Shown: piece after piece, positions 1 to 9,769 of the stretch | Layout: every line of letters begins with the position of its first letter | Position numbering within the stretch: the first letter of the stretch is position 1 | DNA from: Candidatus Poribacteria bacterium | GTDB lineage: Bacteria > Poribacteria > WGA-4E > PCPOR2b | Reading direction: 5' to 3' | NCBI GenBank assembly: GCA_965208325.1 | Contig: OZ242326.1 | Span: 4,576,001-4,640,000 of the forward strand | DNA length: 64,000 nucleotides | Notes under the pieces: generated by a model | Told to the model about the DNA's origin: nothing | The model's input: the letters and a program-made list of their open reading frames with translations, nothing else | Databases searched by the model: none | Program-made: the position numbers and the translations under genes

Positions 1-1
1 T

Positions 2-2734
2 AGCAACGTCCAGCGAAACACCCCACGCTACCAGCAAGGCATTGGCGAGCTTGTAACAGACATAATTGGGCACCCCATTGAGGAATTCAGCCCCGGTTTC
101 AAATCTCGCGTTGTTGCTAAACTCAGTCCTACGGTTGATATGCGCTACGTCGATGTTACGCAGGAGCTCGGACTTAGCAATTTGTCAGGCAAAAGATCGA
201 GGGTCATACTGTCAGATACGGACAGCGACGGCGATTTAGACCTGTTTACACTATTCGCGAGGAACGGCGAGGAATCAAGCGGCAGTTTCTTCCTGAACAA
301 AGATGGGAAGTTTGAATCCCATCCACCCAGTGAATACGGCGATGCCGCCGCCTTCGTGGACATTGACAAGGACGGCGACCAAGATTTGTACGTGCTAGCG
401 GAGAGACAGGAGCGGTTACTCCTGAATGCGGGCGACGCTTTTGAGTTTCAATCGCCGCCGAAAGTTGGGTCAGACGTACTTTATGTCGATTACGATCACG
501 ACGGCGACCTCGACAGGATGACAGTCAGCGATACTGAAACCAGCATGCAGCGGAATAACGGTGACAGCTCATTCACCGATGTGACGCTTCAGACCTTTTT
601 GTCCCCAGAGACGCAAGGCGGTCTTGATGCGGCTTTCGGCGACTTTGATGATGACGGCGATGTTGATATATTTGCCGTGAATGGTGCGAGCGGAACCACC
701 CTATACACCAATCTGCGGCAGGGCAAGCTGCGGGCGGTGACCGATGGACTGGGAATTTCACAGGATGTGTTCTTTACGTCGGTTGCCGTGGGCGATTATG
801 ACAATGACGGCGATCTTGATCTGTTTTTGGCAACTGACGGCAAAACGCCCCATCAGTTCTATCTCAACAGGGGGGACGCCACGTATGTTCACGATAACCG
901 GTCGCTGGCGGGATTGTCCTCGACAATTGGTGCGCGCGGATGGGATGCGCATTTCTTGGATTATGACAACGATGGTTTTTTGGATCTTTGGGTTGTCGGC
1001 GAACGAGCGGGCGGAGATGGAATTTTGCTGTTTCGGAATGACGGCACCGCAAAATTTGACGATGTTTCAAGACTGCTGCCGGACGGTGCCGCTGGCGGAA
1101 TTGACGGAGCGGTCGGCGACTACGACAACGACGGCGATTTAGATTTGGTTTTGATTGACGGTGAGGGGCAACTGTTCGCGCTGCGTAATGACGGCGGCAA
1201 CAAGAACGGATGGCTTCAGGTGCGGTTAGAGGGAGTCACTGCGGGCAATAACAAGGTCAACATCGACGGTATCGCTTCGAGGGTTGAACTCAAGGCTGGC
1301 GACCTCTACCAGATGAGGAATGTCACCGAGCCGATTACGCATTTCGGGCTGGGAGCTGCCGAGCAAGGTGATGTGCTGCGTGTGGTCTGGACGAACGGCG
1401 TTCCCCAGAACCTTATACATCAGCAGGCGAATCAGCGCATTGTCGAGAAGCAGATTCTGAAAGGCTCTTGTCCGTTTTTGTACGTTTATGACGGGGAGAA
1501 ATATCAATTTGTGACAGATCTTTTGTGGCGCAGCCCGCTCGGGATGGCAACGCCGATGGGGTTCCTCGCGCCCGCCGAGACTGCAGATTACGTCAAAATA
1601 TCGGGCGACCTCATGAAGCCCAAATCCGGCGTCTATTCGATACAAGTCACAGAAGAACTCTGGGAGACTGCCTATGTTGATGAGGTCAGGCTAATCGTCG
1701 TGGACCACCCCGACGGAACGCAGATATTCGTCGATGAAAAATACAGCCCACCGCCGTTTCCGGACTTCAAAATCTATGCAACTCGAGATATTCATCGGCC
1801 TCGCGCTGCGTTCGATTCCCGTGGTAACGATGTCGCCGATGCACTGATGGAATCCGACTACCGTTATGCCGTCGAACATGAACCCGGTAAGTTTCAAGGC
1901 GTGGTTGAACCGCATTCTGTTATACTCGACCTCGGCGATGTTCCAAATGACCAGCTGTTAACTTTGTTTCTCTCCGGTTGGATATTTCCAACTGACACGA
2001 GTATCAACATTTCACTCTCGCAAAATCCGTCGCTCAGCCCGATATTCCCTTATCTCCAGGTGCTAAACAGTGATGGAAACTGGCAAACGGTGATAGACGT
2101 GATTGGGATACCGGCGGGGAAGAACAAAACAATCGCCGTAGATTTGACGGGAAAATTCCTTTCTGAAGATCGGCGCGTGAAGATTTCAACCGATATGCAG
2201 ATATACTGGGATTCGGCGTTTTTTTCAATTGGCGCACCGGTTGTGCCCATGCAGATTACGGAATTACCTCCCCATAGCGCGGATCTTCACTATCGCGGCT
2301 TCTCCGAGATGTATCGTCCGACAGCGCATGCGCCGCACCTGTTCAATTATGAGAGCGTCGTCAAGGAGGCGCAGTGGCGGGATCTTGCGGGAAATTATAC
2401 GCGTTATGGAGATGTTACGCCGCTGCTCCAGCGCATAGACGATATGTATGTGATTATGAACGCGGGCGACGAAATGACGGTTGAATTTGACGCGGCGAAG
2501 CTGCCGCCGTTGAAAGATGGGTGGGTGCGAGATTTTATTCTTTTCAGCGATGGCTGGGACAAGGATGGCGACATAAATACGCTCTTCTCTCAGACCGCCG
2601 GTCCGCTGCCATTTCACGGCATGTCCGCGTATCCATATCCTGAAGGCGAGAATTACCCCGACGATTTAGAACATGTGCGTTATCAACTGGAATACAACAC
2701 GCGGCGGGTAGGGCACAAGTTGCCCGATTTCTAG
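2..2734 (+). CDS. FG-GAP repeat / ASPIC-UnbV (CRTAC1-like) protein, 5' end outside window
   Basis: Many DxDxDGDxD repeats; UnbV-like segment (WLQVRLEG...HFGLG...LRVVWTNG); C-terminal GSCPFLY domain. The frame is open from position 2, so ATG 140 is probably internal. Confidence 0.85.
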   Translation, partial: SNVQRNTPRYQQGIGELVTDIIGHPIEEFSPGFKSRVVAKLSPTVDMRYVDVTQELGLSNLSGKRSRVILSDTDSDGDLDLFTLFARNGEESSGSFFLNKDGKFESHPPSEYGDAAAFVDIDKDGDQDLYVLAERQERLLLNAGDAFEFQSPPKVGSDVLYVDYDHDGDLDRMTVSDTETSMQRNNGDSSFTDVTLQTFLSPETQGGLDAAFGDFDDDGDVDIFAVNGASGTTLYTNLRQGKLRAVTDGLGISQDVFFTSVAVGDYDNDGDLDLFLATDGKTPHQFYLNRGDATYVHDNRSLAGLSSTIGARGWDAHFLDYDNDGFLDLWVVGERAGGDGILLFRNDGTAKFDDVSRLLPDGAAGGIDGAVGDYDNDGDLDLVLIDGEGQLFALRNDGGNKNGWLQVRLEGVTAGNNKVNIDGIASRVELKAGDLYQMRNVTEPITHFGLGAAEQGDVLRVVWTNGVPQNLIHQQANQRIVEKQILKGSCPFLYVYDGEKYQFVTDLLWRSPLGMATPMGFLAPAETADYVKISGDLMKPKSGVYSIQVTEELWETAYVDEVRLIVVDHPDGTQIFVDEKYSPPPFPDFKIYATRDIHRPRAAFDSRGNDVADALMESDYRYAVEHEPGKFQGVVEPHSVILDLGDVPNDQLLTLFLSGWIFPTDTSINISLSQNPSLSPIFPYLQVLNSDGNWQTVIDVIGIPAGKNKTIAVDLTGKFLSEDRRVKISTDMQIYWDSAFFSIGAPVVPMQITELPPHSADLHYRGFSEMYRPTAHAPHLFNYESVVKEAQWRDLAGNYTRYGDVTPLLQRIDDMYVIMNAGDEMTVEFDAAKLPPLKDGWVRDFILFSDGWDKDGDINTLFSQTAGPLPFHGMSAYPYPEGENYPDDLEHVRYQLEYNTRRVGHKLPDF

Positions 2735-2887
2735 TCTGATGTGTAATAAGATTCAATTGGTACTTTTGGTCTGTTTCGTACGGTGAGTGAGCGGCTTTAG
2801 ATAATATGGAAAATTGCATTGGATGAATGATATAATAATCAAAATTATAAGGATTAAGAAATTAAAGCGACAAGGAGAAGGGAGCAA

Positions 2888-3940
2888 TTGACACCGAGAG
2901 TAACAGAGGATCGTTCAGCGTGGTGGGCGACAATAACGGCCGTAACGGTTATATTATTTTTGTTGGTTGGTGATGCAGGTATTGCCGCTACGAGCGATTC
3001 TACGGATGCCATGAAACCGAAAGAGTCCCAATCCCCGAAACAAGACGCTGATTCCATGGAAGATGCGGCTAACAACCCGATAGTTTCGCCGGATTCTAGC
3101 ATCGCTCTTCGAGATTTTGAAATCCTTCCGGGCGGACTACTGGAGTGGGCAAATAATCTGCGGATGGGCTATGGAGGCGTAGGTCCTGGTTTTCCTCCCA
3201 TCGGCGATTCAGTCCGCGCACAAAGGGGCGGCAACATTTTTCTTGAACCGCAGGGCGATTACATGCGGTGCGCCATTGACCTGCTCCCGACGTCGGGCAA
3301 GCTACCAGATTTGGACGCCACCACAGAGCTAACGATTCACCGAATTCACCCCAAGACGGTCGACGCGCGTACGGATGCGGAGATGATTAGCTACAGCGGG
3401 ATGGGCACAAAGAACGGCGTGTTCGGTATAATAGTCGAAGCTCACGGACGGGGGAGGCTGCGGCCGCTGGTGTTTATGACAGTGCAAGGAGGGTTGAATG
3501 AGGGAGAAGAAAACTTCGCGGCAGAAGCCATGCGTATGAATGAAGATGGCACCATCGCACTTGGGGTCAACCGAGTTGGCGGAAAACTGAAGCGTCCGCT
3601 GGACAGCCTCACTATCCACCAGCCCGATCCGGATAAAGTTGGCGCCTACGATTCCGATTACCTTAGGTGGATTGGAAAATCACACGACGGGGAGATGGCT
3701 CATCAGGTGAATTGGCGCATGAACGTCGATGTAAAAAACAAGAATGGTGATTCCAACCTTGTGGTCGAGAGCGGATTTGACGGCGCCAATTACAGAAAGC
3801 GGGTGGAGATTACCGACAGCGGCGATGTGGAGCTTTCATCCATTGGCAGCGGCGTAATCTTGCGTTCTCCCAATGGCAAGCGTTGGAAACTGACCGTCGA
3901 AAATAACGGCAAACTACGAACTGACCCAATGGGACGCTAA
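2888..3940 (+). CDS. Secreted hypothetical protein with tail-fibre/spike-like beta motifs
   Basis: AGGAGAAGGGAG upstream of a TTG start; hydrophobic N-terminus; EAMRMNEDGTIALG and C-terminal GVILRSPNGKRWKLTVENNGKL motifs. Confidence 0.65.
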   Translation: MTPRVTEDRSAWWATITAVTVILFLLVGDAGIAATSDSTDAMKPKESQSPKQDADSMEDAANNPIVSPDSSIALRDFEILPGGLLEWANNLRMGYGGVGPGFPPIGDSVRAQRGGNIFLEPQGDYMRCAIDLLPTSGKLPDLDATTELTIHRIHPKTVDARTDAEMISYSGMGTKNGVFGIIVEAHGRGRLRPLVFMTVQGGLNEGEENFAAEAMRMNEDGTIALGVNRVGGKLKRPLDSLTIHQPDPDKVGAYDSDYLRWIGKSHDGEMAHQVNWRMNVDVKNKNGDSNLVVESGFDGANYRKRVEITDSGDVELSSIGSGVILRSPNGKRWKLTVENNGKLRTDPMGR

Positions 3941-4074
3941 CCGCATTGGCCGGCTCACCAGTTCTTATTTGCGGGAATCAGAATTCCGTATTGAAGTCAG
4001 CGAATACCTGTGACACGATGCTATAATTCATACAAAAATTTTCAAACTAGATGAAATAACAGGAGACTAAAGAA

Positions 4075-5145
4075 ATGCCTGAAATACGAACAGCGATTGT
4101 CGGCGTGGGGAATTGCGCTTCCTCACTGATTCAAGGGATTGAATATTATCGGGATGCGAAAGAAGATGAATTCGTCCCCGGCCTCATGCATGTGAGGGTG
4201 GGCGACTACCATATCAGTGACATCAAAGTGGTGGCGGCCTTTGATGTTGATAGCAACAAGGTAGGATGCGATGTGGCTGACGCCATTTTCGTTGACCCCA
4301 ACAACACGATAAAATTCTCGGACGTGCCCGCGACGGGGGTAACTGTACAACGCGGACAGACGATGGACGGGTTCGCGAAATACTACCGCGAGACTGTGGA
4401 GGAATCTACCGCTCAAGCAGTGGATGTCGTTTCCGTGCTACGCGAAACGCAAACGGACATTCTTATCAATTATCTTCCTGTTGGCAGCGAAGAGGCGACA
4501 AAATGGTATGTGGCTCAAGCGCTGGACGCCGGGTGCGCTGTGGTGAATTGCATGCCCGTATTTATTGCAAGAAACGACCAGTGGCGGGCGAAGTTTGAAG
4601 CGGCGGGCTTGCCCATCGTTGGTGACGATATTAAGGCGCAGTTTGGGGCGACAATTGTACATAGGGCGCTAGCCAAACTGATGAGTGACCGCGGACTGAA
4701 AATGGATCGGACGTCTCAGTTGAACGTTGGCGGTAATATGGACTTCAAGAACATGTTGGAAAAGGAGCGTTTGGAATCCAAGCGCATTTCCAAGACGAAC
4801 GCGGTGGTTTCGCAATTGGACCATGACATTTCGCCGGACAACGTGCATATTGGACCCAGTGACTACATTCCTTGGTTAGCGGATCGGAAGTGGTGTTATC
4901 TATTCTTGGAAGGCACAGAATTTGGGGATATTCCGGTGCGGTGTGAAGTTAAATTAGAAGTCTGGGATTCGCCAAACTCCGCAGGCATCGCCATCGACGC
5001 GATTCGGTGCTGCAAAATTGCACAAGATCGCGGCATCGCTGGCGCGCTCTATGGTCCCAGCGCATACTTTATGAAGTCGCCGCCGGTTCAGTACGCCGAC
5101 ACCGAAGCACGCGAGATGTTGGAAGCGTTCATTGCGGGTCGATAG
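4075..5145 (+). CDS. ino1: Inositol-3-phosphate synthase
   Basis: [55 protein letters not shown] motifs; AGGAG RBS. Confidence 0.95.
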   Translation: MPEIRTAIVGVGNCASSLIQGIEYYRDAKEDEFVPGLMHVRVGDYHISDIKVVAAFDVDSNKVGCDVADAIFVDPNNTIKFSDVPATGVTVQRGQTMDGFAKYYRETVEESTAQAVDVVSVLRETQTDILINYLPVGSEEATKWYVAQALDAGCAVVNCMPVFIARNDQWRAKFEAAGLPIVGDDIKAQFGATIVHRALAKLMSDRGLKMDRTSQLNVGGNMDFKNMLEKERLESKRISKTNAVVSQLDHDISPDNVHIGPSDYIPWLADRKWCYLFLEGTEFGDIPVRCEVKLEVWDSPNSAGIAIDAIRCCKIAQDRGIAGALYGPSAYFMKSPPVQYADTEAREMLEAFIAGR

Positions 5146-5174
5146 ATTTAGAAAGAGTTATTCGGCGTTTAAAA

Positions 5175-5214
5175 GGGAAAGCAGGGATATCTTCTGCTTT
5201 CCCATTTTTATTTT
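5175..5214 (+). terminator. Intrinsic terminator after ino1
   Basis: 10-bp stem GGGAAAGCAG/CTGCTTTCCC followed by ATTTTTATTTT. Confidence 0.8.
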
Positions 5215-5319
5215 ACCTTTTAAGCGGCATCATCCGCCGCGACACATCCGTCGTCCGCCGATCAGTTTTTTTGAATTCTAAACAAGGTCAAATTCTTTCT
5301 TTCAAGTAAGGAGTGAAAC

Positions 5320-5670
5320 ATGCCTCAATTCCGTGCAATTCATACCATTGAGTTAAAGCAGAATGTGGATTCCGAAGTCTTTGAAGATTTTATGTCACGC
5401 GAATATTTGCCGGCTACGCGTTCGCTACCGGGGTGCTTGCGGGTAGAATTCCTCAAAGGGTACAAAGGGGACTTTGTGGGGGTGGCGCCGTCAAAACATG
5501 ATTATGCTTGGGTAACACTTTGGGAGAGTGTGGAAGCGAACAACGCAATCTGGTCAAGGGCCGGGGCACATCACACGCCCGAGGATATATTGGAAGTCAA
5601 CGCCAAGCTATATCACTATGCCGCAAGCTATTCCTTAGTAGGTGGGTTTACTGTCGAAGCAGCGGTTTGA
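5320..5670 (+). CDS. Small dimeric alpha-beta barrel (ABM/Dabb-like) protein
   Basis: AAGGAG RBS; pattern LK..VD...F...LPG....WES typical of this fold. Confidence 0.6.
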   Translation: MPQFRAIHTIELKQNVDSEVFEDFMSREYLPATRSLPGCLRVEFLKGYKGDFVGVAPSKHDYAWVTLWESVEANNAIWSRAGAHHTPEDILEVNAKLYHYAASYSLVGGFTVEAAV

Positions 5671-5833
5671 TTACCAAAAACGCGCTCGTGCCCTCTAAAT
5701 GCTATTTCGCGCGAAAATTTTGCCAAAATCGGTTCGAGTTTTTTCAATAAGGCGTGGTAAACGATCTGTCATATAAAGATTTCAATATTGTGTCTACAAG
5801 GATGAATCCACGTCACTCCTAATCAGATTAATA

Positions 5834-6721
5834 TCACTGCGCGGCTTTTATTGTTGCCCATATGGTTAGCATACCTTCCTTTGGAGACACCGACAATTGC
5901 CTTGGCGACCACGCAGGTTTGCTGTCAGATGACGGGTTTTGCGTTAAGTTTGTCTGATTTCCACCGTCCGAATCCATGACATAAATCTCCGAGTTGCCAT
6001 CGCGGCTTGAGGCAAAGGCAATTTTTTTCCCATTCGGAGACCAACTCGGTTCGCCGTCCCACCCTGGCGATTGGGTAAGCCTGACGACGTTCCCGCCGTC
6101 CGCATCCATGATGCAGATTTCGTAATCGCGGTCGCGAACCGATCGAAAGGCGATGTGTTTTCCATCGGGCGACCAACTCGGATCCGCGTCCGACTCCGCG
6201 CTTCGGGTCAGTCGCACAACATTTCCGCCATCAGCGTCCATGACAAAAACCTCAAGATCTAGAGCGAAGAACGGGCCAGTGAAATTTCCGTCACGCCGTG
6301 ACGTAAAGGCAATCTTTAACCCGTCTGGAGACCATCTCGGATGGCCATCACTCTCGGCGGCTTTTGTGAGCTGGATGAGGTTTTTGCCGTCAACATCAAT
6401 GACATAAACTTCGGAATTGTCTTCGCTATGAGACTCGAAAGCAATTTTTGTCCCATCCGGTAACCAGCTTGGGTGTAAATCCCGAGAAGCTAGGTTTTTC
6501 GTGAGGTTACGAGGTTTAGATCCATCGCTCTTCATTATGAAGATGTCAGGATTCCCACCAGGGTTGTCGCGGTTTGAGGTGAAGGCAATCATTGAATCGA
6601 GCGAATGGGCTTGATTAATCGACATAAGTGCAAATGCCAGCATTACTGCGAATCGGCGTAAGTGCACGAGTCGGTTCTTCCGTATGAATTTCATGAGCTC
6701 GATCTCCCAGTTAGGATTCAT
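5834..6721 (-). CDS. TolB-like PD40-repeat beta-propeller, secreted (start may be 6694)
   Basis: Repeated PxWSPDGxKIAF...IYVMDADG units; signal-peptide-like N-terminus. Confidence 0.9.
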   Translation of the reverse strand: MNPNWEIELMKFIRKNRLVHLRRFAVMLAFALMSINQAHSLDSMIAFTSNRDNPGGNPDIFIMKSDGSKPRNLTKNLASRDLHPSWLPDGTKIAFESHSEDNSEVYVIDVDGKNLIQLTKAAESDGHPRWSPDGLKIAFTSRRDGNFTGPFFALDLEVFVMDADGGNVVRLTRSAESDADPSWSPDGKHIAFRSVRDRDYEICIMDADGGNVVRLTQSPGWDGEPSWSPNGKKIAFASSRDGNSEIYVMDSDGGNQTNLTQNPSSDSKPAWSPRQLSVSPKEGMLTIWATIKAAQ

Positions 6722-6953
6722 CCTGAGATTAGGTTAGTTGATTTGCTCAATCTGTTGTCATCTATGGCGGCGACTTCGAATTTAATGCCCGTTGCAAAAA
6801 GAGAAAGTTAGCTGAATAGATGATGGTAGTCCAATCTCATTCTGAAAGCTAATTTTGAACTAGCAGAGGAAATGTGTACAGTAGGCATTATTTATACAAT
6901 TCCAAAAATTCCTCAATAGTTGTAGTCATCAAGAACATCTTTGCGATTATATT

Positions 6954-6969
6954 AGCAAATTCTGTGCCA
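6954..6969 (-). promoter_or_regulatory. Sigma-54 (-24/-12) promoter for the 5834-6721 gene
   Basis: Minus strand reads TGGCAC-AGAAT-TTGCT, an exact TGGCAC-N5-TTGCW match, correctly oriented and intergenic. Confidence 0.75.
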
Positions 6970-7471
6970 TTACTAATGAACAGCACTTTTTAGGCGGTTT
7001 AGGCGTAGCCCATTACGAGAGATCAAGATTCGGAATTGGCAATGCAGCGAAATGCTGACAGCACCGTGTCAATTACGCCACACCATTGTTCAGATATCGC
7101 AGGGTTTGCCGACTGCAAAATAAAACCGGAGAAAATTGAAAACGGCGCACTAGTGATGGTAACAGGGTGCCGTCAACTGCGGGAAATTTTTTTGAGCGAC
7201 GGTTGAGTATTGAGCAGCCTGAAACTGGCCAATGGAACGCTGTAGGCGTGAACCCTTGTCCGGATGGAAGCGGGCATAACGCAACCGACACTATTTCAGA
7301 ACTTGGCACGTGAGACAATTCTCGCCGAATGAAATCGAATTAAACTCTTCTAGTCGAATCCGCGGGGATGAGACACTCGAAGAAATAACGCGAGAATCAT
7401 AATGAGGAAAACGCAGTAGGCATAAGTTATAGAGGTGTTTCTATGCATCGCTATGGGATTTTGTAGGCACC

Positions 7472-8476
7472 TTACAATTCCGCGTCGATCAATGGGAGTT
7501 TTTTTATTGCCGCCCATAGCATCAATAATTGCTTCTTTGGAGAAACCGCCAATGGATTCGGCGGCCATGCAGGGCTGACATCGACCGCCGGATGTTGGGT
7601 GAGATTTGTCGGATTACCGCCGTCATCGTTCATAACATAAATCTCCCAGTTCCCATCACGCACTGACGAGAAGGCAATTTTCCGACCGTCCGGAGACCAG
7701 CAGGGCGCACTGTCTTTTGCAGGGTCTCTAGTGAGCCGGACAGGATTTTTTCCGTCAGCGTCCATGACATAAATCTCCCCGTTTCCATCGCGCTTTGACG
7801 AAAATGCAATTTTACGCCCGTTTGGCGACCAGCTAGGACTGACATCCCATCCGGGGGATTCCGTAAGTCGAACCACGTGCGGATTTCTGCCGTCAGCGTC
7901 CATAATAAAAATCTCGAGATCTCTGAATCCAGCGCGCCATGACGTGAAGGCGATTTTCCGTCCATCCGGAGACCAGCTAGGATCGCGGTCGAATCCACGG
8001 TTAAGCGGATACCGGAAGCGGTTCTTGCCGTCAGGGTCCATAAGGTATAATTCTAAACCTCCAACCCCTCCAACCCCATACTCAAAGGCGATTTTCCGTC
8101 CGTCTGGAGACCAACTTGGATCGACATCTAAAAATCGGTTTGACGTAAGCCGAACAGGGCTCTTGCCGTCAGCATTCATTACGTAGATTTCGGGATTGTT
8201 TCCGTCGCGTTCCGCCTGAAATGCGATTCTCGTCCTATCTGGCGACCAAGCAGGGGCCTGATCGTGTGACAATGGATTATTCGAAAGATTGCGTACCTGT
8301 GACCCATTCGGTTTCATTACAAAGATGTCACGATTTCCACCGGGGTTGTCACGGTCTGATGAAAAGGCAATCATTGAGTCTAGGGATTGGGCTTGATTGA
8401 CCGACATGAGGACAAAGCCCATTACCACAATTAGGCTGGGCAAAAACACGGTTCGGTTCATTTGGACCGTTTTCAT
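7472..8476 (-). CDS. TolB-like PD40-repeat beta-propeller, secreted; paralog of 5834-6721
   Basis: PD40 repeats; shares the NQAxSLDSMIAF..RDNPGGN segment with its paralog; AAAGGAGG RBS. Confidence 0.9.
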   Translation of the reverse strand: MKTVQMNRTVFLPSLIVVMGFVLMSVNQAQSLDSMIAFSSDRDNPGGNRDIFVMKPNGSQVRNLSNNPLSHDQAPAWSPDRTRIAFQAERDGNNPEIYVMNADGKSPVRLTSNRFLDVDPSWSPDGRKIAFEYGVGGVGGLELYLMDPDGKNRFRYPLNRGFDRDPSWSPDGRKIAFTSWRAGFRDLEIFIMDADGRNPHVVRLTESPGWDVSPSWSPNGRKIAFSSKRDGNGEIYVMDADGKNPVRLTRDPAKDSAPCWSPDGRKIAFSSVRDGNWEIYVMNDDGGNPTNLTQHPAVDVSPAWPPNPLAVSPKKQLLMLWAAIKKLPLIDAEL

Positions 8477-8602
8477 TGAGAGATTCCTCCTTTACCATGA
8501 AAAGCAAAATGCCGCCGGTTGTTTTTTCACCCGATAGTTTGCTGAAATTCTGGTTTTGCGTTTGGTGCGAAAAGGGTTGCTGAATAACTTCGGATTAGAT
8601 AT

Positions 8603-8631
8603 ACTATATCACTCAAGCGAACTTAGGTCAA
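8603..8631 (-). promoter_or_regulatory. Sigma-70-type promoter for 7472-8476
   Basis: Minus strand TTGACC-17 nt-TATAGT with TG extension. Confidence 0.6.
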
Positions 8632-8824
8632 CGTCCGACCGCTCGGCGGAAAATATGTGCAAGTCAGTTCGATACGCATGTAAAATCCGTGCCGGAACGA
8701 TTAATGCAACAATTCCCCAAGGGCATATCGGTAAACGCCAGGCATACCACAAGCGGCTTTCAGGACGGTCGTATGAACATTCCTAATTCTTTATCACGTC
8801 AATGGAACACGGAGAAGAACAGAG

Positions 8825-9466
8825 ATGGGTGGCGCTATACAGGTCCTCACGGGCAGCCTTTTGTTAAGTGTTGTTCACGCTTTAATTCCCAACCATTGGA
8901 TTCCGTTGGTTGCAATCGGGAAGACGGAGCAGTGGTCACGCCGCGAAACGCTGGGCATCACGGCAATTACCGGGATTGCCCATTCGTTGAGCACAATTCT
9001 CATCGGGATTGTTGTCGGATTTATCGGTTTCAAAATCTCCGAATCCTATGAGTTTTTTGCGCACATTGTGGCGCCGTTGATTTTGTTTTGTTTGGGTGTG
9101 ATTTATTTGGTGTTGGATTCAAAAGCCAACCACGCACATCACCACGTGAACAACGAAAAAATTTCGCGGAAATCGAAGTTCGCGATTGTTACCTCGTTAG
9201 CCGCTGCGATGTTCTTTTCTCCGTGTATTGAGATTGAGGTTTACTATTTCTCGGCAAGTGCATTGGGCTGGTTTGGTATTAGCGCGGTTTCAATTATCTA
9301 CTTGGTCGTGACTGTGCTTGGCATGTTACTGCTGGTCGATTTGGGTCGGAGAGGTGTTGAGCGGTTCCATTCTCATTTCTTAGAACATCATGAAAGGGGA
9401 ATTACCGGCGCGCTTCTGGTTATTTTGGGAATTTTCGCTTTTGTGTTTGAGCATTTTTCCCATTAG
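8825..9466 (+). CDS. Putative nickel/cobalt transporter (RcnA/HoxN-like membrane protein)
   Basis: HALIPNHW motif, His-rich loop NHAHHH, FSPC motif, about 6 hydrophobic segments. Confidence 0.65.
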   Translation: MGGAIQVLTGSLLLSVVHALIPNHWIPLVAIGKTEQWSRRETLGITAITGIAHSLSTILIGIVVGFIGFKISESYEFFAHIVAPLILFCLGVIYLVLDSKANHAHHHVNNEKISRKSKFAIVTSLAAAMFFSPCIEIEVYYFSASALGWFGISAVSIIYLVVTVLGMLLLVDLGRRGVERFHSHFLEHHERGITGALLVILGIFAFVFEHFSH

Positions 9467-9614
9467 TGTTGTTGCTCTTAAGAGCCTGTTGAATAATAGG
9501 CGGCAAAGGAATTCTTGGGCGTTTGAAGCGCTAAATCTTAAAGAAATTCTATCGCATGAGATTTACGCTCGCCTTCGCTATTCGCTCGGATGATTCTATT
9601 CAGTCACTTGATCG

Positions 9615-9679
9615 CCGCCTACAAGGCGTGGTTGTGCACGCGGGGCAAGATGCCCCGCCTACAAGGCGTGGTTGTGCAC
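9615..9679. repeat. Two 25-nt direct repeats (period 40) enclosing a GTAG-type REP palindrome
   Basis: CCGCCTACAAGGCGTGGTTGTGCAC at 9615-9639 and 9655-9679; minus strand 9662-9640 reads GTAG-GCGGGGCA-TCT-TGCCCCGC. Confidence 0.75.
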
Positions 9680-9769
9680 TCCTAAATAATATTACAGGTC
9701 TATAGAAGACGGGAGAAAAATGAAGCACTGTGCAAAAGAATTTCTACGTTGTGCTTGCAATTACACGCA

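Noticed and set aside
8640..8824. Cobalamin or NiCo riboswitch before the Ni/Co transporter-like gene
   Set aside because: No recognisable B12 box or NiCo core sequences.
9615..9679. Possible CRISPR array
   Set aside because: Only two copies with a 15-nt gap that is part of a palindrome; no cas genes; fits REP better.
9481..9702. Possible MITE with AGAGCCTGTTGAATAA left end
   Set aside because: The putative right end matches poorly and no target duplication is evident.
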